A stretch of 7,354 nt of DNA from assembly GCA_000004985.1 (NCBI GenBank), contig GG739145.1, one strand, 5' to 3'. The position numbers were made by a program, and so were the translations under genes. Below the pieces are notes generated by a model. It was not told the DNA's origin, searched no databases, and saw only the letters and a list, made by a program, of their open reading frames with translations. The stretch is from Naegleria gruberi (Eukaryota). Each line of letters opens with the position of its first letter. Position 1 is the first letter of the stretch. This document shows positions 1-7,354 of the stretch, piece by piece.

Positions 1-613
1 CTGTTGAGGTTTTTCATGGATGAAGGAGANACCATAGCCTTTTATATTGTCCAATTCATAACGGCTTGATGATCTTGGAGTTTCAGTTCTCTTGCTCATT
101 GTCCGTGTGTTTTTCTACTAGAGTACAATTTTTCAAATTATGATGATGTAATATGCTGCTTATTGTTTTTAAAATGACAATATCGTTATGTGTCGTCCTA
201 GAGTTGCAAACCTGTAATCGGGCCGTAGTTAGCAGCAAAGATTCACAAGTTGCGATTGTTGGGATGGTTGTGTGTCTTTTTTTTAATAAAATAACGCTGC
301 AATATTAAGGAAATTCAAGAGACGGAAAAATAGAGGAACAATTAAAAGGCTCATTGGTATACAATAAAATGTTTTATGAGGTTGCATAATTCAATTTTGT
401 AGTTGTAAAAAAGTCTAGCTTACTCCATTCAAGATTCTCATCAACATCATTACCACAACCACCATGTTCAATATCAAAGCCTTCAATTTTCATCACATAA
501 AAAAATCAACAATAACAACACTAACAATACTACCCTTGCTATTAATAAATATCTAGTCTAGTGTGAGTGAACATCCCAGTCTACTAACTAATCAATAACT
601 CTAATCAACTAAT

Positions 614-643
614 CATCATCGTCATCATCATCATCATGTCATC
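614..643 (+). repeat. (CAT)n trinucleotide microsatellite (cat cat cgt cat cat cat cat cat gtc atc) embedding the ATG start codon at 636
   Basis: Direct reading gives 8 CAT-like units at 614-637, followed by a degenerate continuation. The ATG is formed at a repeat junction. Confidence 0.9.
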
Positions 644-826
644 AACACCAGGTACTAAAAAAATCTATAGAGAAAATGATGAAGTGACTCAACTTGTACA
701 TCAAACCATACGAAATCATCAAAATTTTCTAAATACAAAATATGATACAGCTAACAAGGATCATGAAAATTTACTACGAAGTATATTTAAAATAATATTT
801 GCAACTAATTTAGCAAATGATGAAGT
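636..826 (+). CDS. Partial CDS (5' end present, 3' end lost in assembly gap); hypothetical protein, N-terminus MSSTPGTKKIYRENDEVTQLVHQTIRNHQNFLNTKYDTANKDHENLLRSIFKIIFATNLANDE(V)
   Basis: The frame from ATG 636-638 is open for 63 codons until the sequence ends at 826 (last codon gtn encodes Val). It is also open upstream to 588 with no other ATG. The opposite strand has stops at about 761 and 805. Codon usage is AT-rich-eukaryote typical (TCA, CCA, GGT, AGA, CAA, AAT, TTA). Start context atcATGt is weak, so an upstream exon cannot be excluded. Confidence 0.6.
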
Positions 827-3800
827 NNNNNNNNNNNNNNNNNNNNNNNNNNNNNNNNNNNNNNNNNNNNNNNNNNNNNNNNNNNNNNNNNNNNNNNNNN
901 NNNNNNNNNNNNNNNNNNNNNNNNNNNNNNNNNNNNNNNNNNNNNNNNNNNNNNNNNNNNNNNNNNNNNNNNNNNNNNNNNNNNNNNNNNNNNNNNNNNN
1001 NNNNNNNNNNNNNNNNNNNNNNNNNNNNNNNNNNNNNNNNNNNNNNNNNNNNNNNNNNNNNNNNNNNNNNNNNNNNNNNNNNNNNNNNNNNNNNNNNNNN
1101 NNNNNNNNNNNNNNNNNNNNNNNNNNNNNNNNNNNNNNNNNNNNNNNNNNNNNNNNNNNNNNNNNNNNNNNNNNNNNNNNNNNNNNNNNNNNNNNNNNNN
1201 NNNNNNNNNNNNNNNNNNNNNNNNNNNNNNNNNNNNNNNNNNNNNNNNNNNNNNNNNNNNNNNNNNNNNNNNNNNNNNNNNNNNNNNNNNNNNNNNNNNN
1301 NNNNNNNNNNNNNNNNNNNNNNNNNNNNNNNNNNNNNNNNNNNNNNNNNNNNNNNNNNNNNNNNNNNNNNNNNNNNNNNNNNNNNNNNNNNNNNNNNNNN
1401 NNNNNNNNNNNNNNNNNNNNNNNNNNNNNNNNNNNNNNNNNNNNNNNNNNNNNNNNNNNNNNNNNNNNNNNNNNNNNNNNNNNNNNNNNNNNNNNNNNNN
1501 NNNNNNNNNNNNNNNNNNNNNNNNNNNNNNNNNNNNNNNNNNNNNNNNNNNNNNNNNNNNNNNNNNNNNNNNNNNNNNNNNNNNNNNNNNNNNNNNNNNN
1601 NNNNNNNNNNNNNNNNNNNNNNNNNNNNNNNNNNNNNNNNNNNNNNNNNNNNNNNNNNNNNNNNNNNNNNNNNNNNNNNNNNNNNNNNNNNNNNNNNNNN
1701 NNNNNNNNNNNNNNNNNNNNNNNNNNNNNNNNNNNNNNNNNNNNNNNNNNNNNNNNNNNNNNNNNNNNNNNNNNNNNNNNNNNNNNNNNNNNNNNNNNNN
1801 NNNNNNNNNNNNNNNNNNNNNNNNNNNNNNNNNNNNNNNNNNNNNNNNNNNNNNNNNNNNNNNNNNNNNNNNNNNNNNNNNNNNNNNNNNNNNNNNNNNN
1901 NNNNNNNNNNNNNNNNNNNNNNNNNNNNNNNNNNNNNNNNNNNNNNNNNNNNNNNNNNNNNNNNNNNNNNNNNNNNNNNNNNNNNNNNNNNNNNNNNNNN
2001 NNNNNNNNNNNNNNNNNNNNNNNNNNNNNNNNNNNNNNNNNNNNNNNNNNNNNNNNNNNNNNNNNNNNNNNNNNNNNNNNNNNNNNNNNNNNNNNNNNNN
2101 NNNNNNNNNNNNNNNNNNNNNNNNNNNNNNNNNNNNNNNNNNNNNNNNNNNNNNNNNNNNNNNNNNNNNNNNNNNNNNNNNNNNNNNNNNNNNNNNNNNN
2201 NNNNNNNNNNNNNNNNNNNNNNNNNNNNNNNNNNNNNNNNNNNNNNNNNNNNNNNNNNNNNNNNNNNNNNNNNNNNNNNNNNNNNNNNNNNNNNNNNNNN
2301 NNNNNNNNNNNNNNNNNNNNNNNNNNNNNNNNNNNNNNNNNNNNNNNNNNNNNNNNNNNNNNNNNNNNNNNNNNNNNNNNNNNNNNNNNNNNNNNNNNNN
2401 NNNNNNNNNNNNNNNNNNNNNNNNNNNNNNNNNNNNNNNNNNNNNNNNNNNNNNNNNNNNNNNNNNNNNNNNNNNNNNNNNNNNNNNNNNNNNNNNNNNN
2501 NNNNNNNNNNNNNNNNNNNNNNNNNNNNNNNNNNNNNNNNNNNNNNNNNNNNNNNNNNNNNNNNNNNNNNNNNNNNNNNNNNNNNNNNNNNNNNNNNNNN
2601 NNNNNNNNNNNNNNNNNNNNNNNNNNNNNNNNNNNNNNNNNNNNNNNNNNNNNNNNNNNNNNNNNNNNNNNNNNNNNNNNNNNNNNNNNNNNNNNNNNNN
2701 NNNNNNNNNNNNNNNNNNNNNNNNNNNNNNNNNNNNNNNNNNNNNNNNNNNNNNNNNNNNNNNNNNNNNNNNNNNNNNNNNNNNNNNNNNNNNNNNNNNN
2801 NNNNNNNNNNNNNNNNNNNNNNNNNNNNNNNNNNNNNNNNNNNNNNNNNNNNNNNNNNNNNNNNNNNNNNNNNNNNNNNNNNNNNNNNNNNNNNNNNNNN
2901 NNNNNNNNNNNNNNNNNNNNNNNNNNNNNNNNNNNNNNNNNNNNNNNNNNNNNNNNNNNNNNNNNNNNNNNNNNNNNNNNNNNNNNNNNNNNNNNNNNNN
3001 NNNNNNNNNNNNNNNNNNNNNNNNNNNNNNNNNNNNNNNNNNNNNNNNNNNNNNNNNNNNNNNNNNNNNNNNNNNNNNNNNNNNNNNNNNNNNNNNNNNN
3101 NNNNNNNNNNNNNNNNNNNNNNNNNNNNNNNNNNNNNNNNNNNNNNNNNNNNNNNNNNNNNNNNNNNNNNNNNNNNNNNNNNNNNNNNNNNNNNNNNNNN
3201 NNNNNNNNNNNNNNNNNNNNNNNNNNNNNNNNNNNNNNNNNNNNNNNNNNNNNNNNNNNNNNNNNNNNNNNNNNNNNNNNNNNNNNNNNNNNNNNNNNNN
3301 NNNNNNNNNNNNNNNNNNNNNNNNNNNNNNNNNNNNNNNNNNNNNNNNNNNNNNNNNNNNNNNNNNNNNNNNNNNNNNNNNNNNNNNNNNNNNNNNNNNN
3401 NNNNNNNNNNNNNNNNNNNNNNNNNNNNNNNNNNNNNNNNNNNNNNNNNNNNNNNNNNNNNNNNNNNNNNNNNNNNNNNNNNNNNNNNNNNNNNNNNNNN
3501 NNNNNNNNNNNNNNNNNNNNNNNNNNNNNNNNNNNNNNNNNNNNNNNNNNNNNNNNNNNNNNNNNNNNNNNNNNNNNNNNNNNNNNNNNNNNNNNNNNNN
3601 NNNNNNNNNNNNNNNNNNNNNNNNNNNNNNNNNNNNNNNNNNNNNNNNNNNNNNNNNNNNNNNNNNNNNNNNNNNNNNNNNNNNNNNNNNNNNNNNNNNN
3701 NNNNNNNNNNNNNNNNNNNNNNNNNNNNNNNNNNNNNNNNNNNNNNNNNNNNNNNNNNNNNNNNNNNNNNNNNNNNNNNNNNNNNNNNNNNNNNNNNNNN

Positions 3801-6434
3801 NNNNNNNNNNNNNNNNNNNNNNNNNNNNNNNNNNNNNNNNNNNNNNNNNNNNNNNNNNNNNNNNNNNNNNNNNNNNNNNNNNNNNNNNNNNNNNNNNNNN
3901 NNNNNNNNNNNNNNNNNNNNNNNNNNNNNNNNNNNNNNNNNNNNNNNNNNNNNNNNNNNNNNNNNNNNNNNNNNNNNNNNNNNNNNNNNNNNNNNNNNNN
4001 NNNNNNNNNNNNNNNNNNNNNNNNNNNNNNNNNNNNNNNNNNNNNNNNNNNNNNNNNNNNNNNNNNNNNNNNNNNNNNNNNNNNNNNNNNNNNNNNNNNN
4101 NNNNNNNNNNNNNNNNNNNNNNNNNNNNNNNNNNNNNNNNNNNNNNNNNNNNNNNNNNNNNNNNNNNNNNNNNNNNNNNNNNNNNNNNNNNNNNNNNNNN
4201 NNNNNNNNNNNNNNNNNNNNNNNNNNNNNNNNNNNNNNNNNNNNNNNNNNNNNNNNNNNNNNNNNNNNNNNNNNNNNNNNNNNNNNNNNNNNNNNNNNNN
4301 NNNNNNNNNNNNNNNNNNNNNNNNNNNNNNNNNNNNNNNNNNNNNNNNNNNNNNNNNNNNNNNNNNNNNNNNNNNNNNNNNNNNNNNNNNNNNNNNNNNN
4401 NNNNNNNNNNNNNNNNNNNNNNNNNNNNNNNNNNNNNNNNNNNNNNNNNNNNNNNNNNNNNNNNNNNNNNNNNNNNNNNNNNNNNNNNNNNNNNNNNNNN
4501 NNNNNNNNNNNNNNNNNNNNNNNNNNNNNNNNNNNNNNNNNNNNNNNNNNNNNNNNNNNNNNNNNNNNNNNNNNNNNNNNNNNNNNNNNNNNNNNNNNNN
4601 NNNNNNNNNNNNNNNNNNNNNNNNNNNNNNNNNNNNNNNNNNNNNNNNNNNNNNNNNNNNNNNNNNNNNNNNNNNNNNNNNNNNNNNNNNNNNNNNNNNN
4701 NNNNNNNNNNNNNNNNNNNNNNNNNNNNNNNNNNNNNNNNNNNNNNNNNNNNNNNNNNNNNNNNNNNNNNNNNNNNNNNNNNNNNNNNNNNNNNNNNNNN
4801 NNNNNNNNNNNNNNNNNNNNNNNNNNNNNNNNNNNNNNNNNNNNNNNNNNNNNNNNNNNNNNNNNNNNNNNNNNNNNNNNNNNNNNNNNNNNNNNNNNNN
4901 NNNNNNNNNNNNNNNNNNNNNNNNNNNNNNNNNNNNNNNNNNNNNNNNNNNNNNNNNNNNNNNNNNNNNNNNNNNNNNNNNNNNNNNNNNNNNNNNNNNN
5001 NNNNNNNNNNNNNNNNNNNNNNNNNNNNNNNNNNNNNNNNNNNNNNNNNNNNNNNNNNNNNNNNNNNNNNNNNNNNNNNNNNNNNNNNNNNNNNNNNNNN
5101 NNNNNNNNNNNNNNNNNNNNNNNNNNNNNNNNNNNNNNNNNNNNNNNNNNNNNNNNNNNNNNNNNNNNNNNNNNNNNNNNNNNNNNNNNNNNNNNNNNNN
5201 NNNNNNNNNNNNNNNNNNNNNNNNNNNNNNNNNNNNNNNNNNNNNNNNNNNNNNNNNNNNNNNNNNNNNNNNNNNNNNNNNNNNNNNNNNNNNNNNNNNN
5301 NNNNNNNNNNNNNNNNNNNNNNNNNNNNNNNNNNNNNNNNNNNNNNNNNNNNNNNNNNNNNNNNNNNNNNNNNNNNNNNNNNNNNNNNNNNNNNNNNNNN
5401 NNNNNNNNNNNNNNNNNNNNNNNNNNNNNNNNNNNNNNNNNNNNNNNNNNNNNNNNNNNNNNNNNNNNNNNNNNNNNNNNNNNNNNNNNNNNNNNNNNNN
5501 NNNNNNNNNNNNNNNNNNNNNNNNNNNNNNNNNNNNNNNNNNNNNNNNNNNNNNNNNNNNNNNNNNNNNNNNNNNNNNNNNNNNNNNNNNNNNNNNNNNN
5601 NNNNNNNNNNNNNNNNNNNNNNNNNNNNNNNNNNNNNNNNNNNNNNNNNNNNNNNNNNNNNNNNNNNNNNNNNNNNNNNNNNNNNNNNNNNNNNNNNNNN
5701 NNNNNNNNNNNNNNNNNNNNNNNNNNNNNNNNNNNNNNNNNNNNNNNNNNNNNNNNNNNNNNNNNNNNNNNNNNNNNNNNNNNNNNNNNNNNNNNNNNNN
5801 NNNNNNNNNNNNNNNNNNNNNNNNNNNNNNNNNNNNNNNNNNNNNNNNNNNNNNNNNNNNNNNNNNNNNNNNNNNNNNNNNNNNNNNNNNNNNNNNNNNN
5901 NNNNNNNNNNNNNNNNNNNNNNNNNNNNNNNNNNNNNNNNNNNNNNNNNNNNNNNNNNNNNNNNNNNNNNNNNNNNNNNNNNNNNNNNNNNNNNNNNNNN
6001 NNNNNNNNNNNNNNNNNNNNNNNNNNNNNNNNNNNNNNNNNNNNNNNNNNNNNNNNNNNNNNNNNNNNNNNNNNNNNNNNNNNNNNNNNNNNNNNNNNNN
6101 NNNNNNNNNNNNNNNNNNNNNNNNNNNNNNNNNNNNNNNNNNNNNNNNNNNNNNNNNNNNNNNNNNNNNNNNNNNNNNNNNNNNNNNNNNNNNNNNNNNN
6201 NNNNNNNNNNNNNNNNNNNNNNNNNNNNNNNNNNNNNNNNNNNNNNNNNNNNNNNNNNNNNNNNNNNNNNNNNNNNNNNNNNNNNNNNNNNNNNNNNNNN
6301 NNNNNNNNNNNNNNNNNNNNNNNNNNNNNNNNNNNNNNNNNNNNNNNNNNNNNNNNNNNNNNNNNNNNNNNNNNNNNNNNNNNNNNNNNNNNNNNNNNNN
6401 NNNNNNNNNNNNNNNNNNNNNNNNNNNNNNNNNN
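827..6434. other. Assembly gap: 5,608 consecutive N (sized scaffold gap or hard-masked region)
   Basis: This is an uninterrupted n run. Its length is not a round placeholder value, which suggests an estimated-size gap. Both flanking coding frames are cut mid-codon. Confidence 0.99.
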
Positions 6435-7354
6435 TAAAAATTAATATTTCCATATAAATTCTTATTATTTCCATTATTATTATTAGAATTATTAGAATTA
6501 TTTCCATTATTATTATTATTATTATTACTATTTATATCCAAAATAATTTTATTTTTATCAAATAATTGTTTAAAAGTAAATTTAAAAATTTTCTTCTTCT
6601 TTTCAAATTGTTTTTTTCTACAATCATTAATAAAATCATTTAAAGATTTAATTTTATCTTGTAAAAATTTATAATGTTCTTTTAATTGTTCTAAAGAATC
6701 ATTTAATCTTTGAATTTCCTTTTTTAATTTTTCTCTATTATGTTTTTTATTTTGTAATTCTTTAATTAAATCTAATATTAATTTTCTATATTTAGAAGTA
6801 TTATTAATTGATATTAAATATTTAATTTCTATTAATTTTTGTAAATCATTTTTTAATTCATTAATTTTATCAATAATTTTTTTAAATTTTTCAAAATTTG
6901 AATTTAAATTATTTTTATAATAAATTTCACATGAATTTAAAATTTCAATAAAATTTTCATTAAATTCAAAATCATTTGGTAAATTACTAATTATAGATTT
7001 TAAATTATTTTTACATTTTTCAAATATAAATTGAGTTGATTCTAAAATAGCAGCATCTTGTTCATATTGATCTAAATGTGAATGTGGAACTATTAATTTT
7101 AATTGTATTTCCTCATTTAGTATATTTGTTATATTTTGTTGAATATTTAATCTATTTCTATCATTTAATATATTATTAATTATATGTGTTTGAATTAATG
7201 TTGGATCTCCTAATAAATTTAATTGTTTTAATAATAAATCATTATTATTTATATTTATATTATTATTTAAATTATTTAAATTATTTAAATTATTATTATT
7301 TATATTATTATTTAAATTTAAATTATTATTTAAATTAAAATTATTATAATAATG
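6435..7354 (-). CDS. Partial CDS reading 7354 to 6435 and continuing into the gap; Asn/Lys/Ile-rich hypothetical protein with coiled-coil-like segments (…DLLLKQLNLLGDPTLIQTHIINNILNDRNRLNIQQNITNILNEEIQLKLIVPHSHLDQYEQDAAILESTQFIFEKCKNNLKSIISNLPNDFEFNENFIEILNSCEIYYKNNLNSNFEKFKKIIDKINELKNDLQKLIEIKYLISINNTSKYRKLILDLIKELQNKKHNREKLKKEIQRLNDSLEQLKEHYKFLQDKIKSLNDFINDCRKKQFEKKKKIFKFTFKQLFDKNKIILDINSNNNNNNNGNNSNNSNNNNGNNKNLYGNINF…)
   Basis: I reverse-complemented and translated this by hand. It gives 306 consecutive sense codons with no stop in about 87% AT DNA. Expected stop frequency is about 0.1 per codon, so chance openness is on the order of 1e-15. All other frames on both strands are dense with TAA/TAG/TGA. 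The frame has no ATG, so the 5' end lies beyond 7354 (or the first about 145 nt are intronic), and the 3' end is inside the gap. Third codon positions are almost exclusively A/T (AAT, AAA, TTA, ATA/ATT, GGA, TTT). Confidence 0.85.
6482..6526 (-). repeat. In-frame coding simple repeats: a tandem 9-mer attagaatt x2 (6482-6499) and an (ATT)7 tract (6506-6526), encoding N-G-N-N-S-N-N-S-N plus poly-Asn on the minus strand
   Basis: Direct reading. On the minus strand the repeats read AAT x7 then GGA AAT AAT TCT AAT AAT TCT AAT. Confidence 0.85.
7263..7289 (-). repeat. Tandem 9-mer ttatttaaa x3, in frame on the minus strand as (Leu-Asn-Asn)x3
   Basis: There are three perfect copies at 7263-7271, 7272-7280 and 7281-7289. 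They sit in a wider AT-only low-complexity stretch (7213-7354). Confidence 0.85.

Noticed and set aside
140-292. Box C/D snoRNA (AUGAUGA at 140-146), a tRNA, or a Dictyostelium class I RNA in the GC-enriched island; agttagcagcaa at 228-239 loosely resembles the class I conserved motif as I recall it
   Set aside because: No CUGA box D lies downstream on the same strand. There is no tRNA-like T-arm or acceptor complementarity. There is no GUUG...CAAC terminal stem or upstream DUSE-like CCCAYAA element. It is kept as an unclassified candidate ncRNA/UTR in findings rather than called as a feature.
419-556. Upstream coding exon in frame 2 (45 sense codons, enriched in C-ending codons ATC/AAC/ACC/TTC) spliced to the 636 ORF
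   Set aside because: The frame terminates at TAG 554-556 before any usable GT donor. All three frames are stopped within 554-570. The only downstream AG (650-651) lies past the ATG, so no coherent exon-intron model exists in the visible sequence.
636-6437. Track ORFs of 1,933 aa (+, 636..6437), 1,926 aa (-, 761..6541), 1,900 aa (-, 805..6507) and 1,875 aa (+, 817..6444) as giant genes
   Set aside because: Their length comes entirely from translating the 5,608-nt N run as X, which never yields a stop. Only the ends lying in real sequence are informative, and these are reported as two partial CDS. The 817..6444 MMK ORF is a 3-codon off-frame fragment at the gap edge. The M of the 761..6541 ORF is a TTG inside a longer open frame, a prokaryotic start rule inappropriate for this eukaryote-like DNA.
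6435-6507. Minus-strand alternate frame MEIILIILIIIMEIIRIYMEILIF starting at ATG 6507-6505
   Set aside because: It is a 24-codon low-complexity reading of the same AAT/ATT repeat DNA in a different frame, running straight into N. The overlapping frame is open for 306 codons across complex sequence, and that is the credible one.
7060-7190. TBC/RabGAP-like catalytic finger motifs in the minus-strand protein: IxxDxxR (ILNDRNR) and YxQ (YEQ) 31 residues later, close to the roughly 35-residue spacing I recall for Gyp1-type TBC domains
   Set aside because: This is only a motif-level coincidence. The YxQ is not in the conserved Y-x-Q-G-M/L context (here YEQDA). No RxxxW motif is visible upstream. 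The whole 306-aa fragment lacks Trp, whereas TBC domains carry several conserved Trp. Testing needs a Pfam PF00566 HMM search, which I cannot run.
6482-7289. CRISPR-like or mobile-element interpretation of the tandem 9-mers and AT repeats
   Set aside because: The units are 9 nt with 2-3 copies and no spacers. They are in-frame codon repeats inside an open reading frame in eukaryote-like DNA. No inverted terminal repeats, target-site duplications or transposase-like coding are visible in the sequenced flanks. Whether the gap hides a mobile element cannot be determined.

Overview
Only about 1.75 kb of this 7,354-nt window is real sequence: positions 1-826 (with one ambiguous n at 30) and 6435-7354. 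Positions 827-6434 are a single run of 5,608 N, evidently a sized assembly gap. The DNA is extremely AT-rich and eukaryote-like, with Asn-rich low-complexity coding and TTA/AAT/AAA/AGA/CCA codon usage reminiscent of Plasmodium or Dictyostelium. I see no bacterial signals, so the ORF track's TTG starts should be ignored. Two convergent partial protein-coding segments can be supported. The first is a plus-strand ORF starting at ATG 636 that runs into the gap. The second is a 920-nt stop-free minus-strand frame (7354 to 6435) that also runs into the gap. It encodes an Asn/Lys/Ile-rich, coiled-coil-like protein of unknown family. All four ORFs in the six-frame track (1,875-1,933 aa) are artifacts of translating N as X; only their ends in real sequence mean anything. 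The left flank is markedly more GC-rich (about 30-36%, with a 44% GC island at 181-280) than the right flank (about 12-15%). The left flank also carries a C-rich/G-poor leader, a short uORF, a three-frame stop cluster and a (CAT)n microsatellite that supplies the start codon. I found no defensible evidence of a novel multi-gene system in the visible sequence. Anything of that kind would lie inside the 5.6-kb gap and cannot be assessed here.
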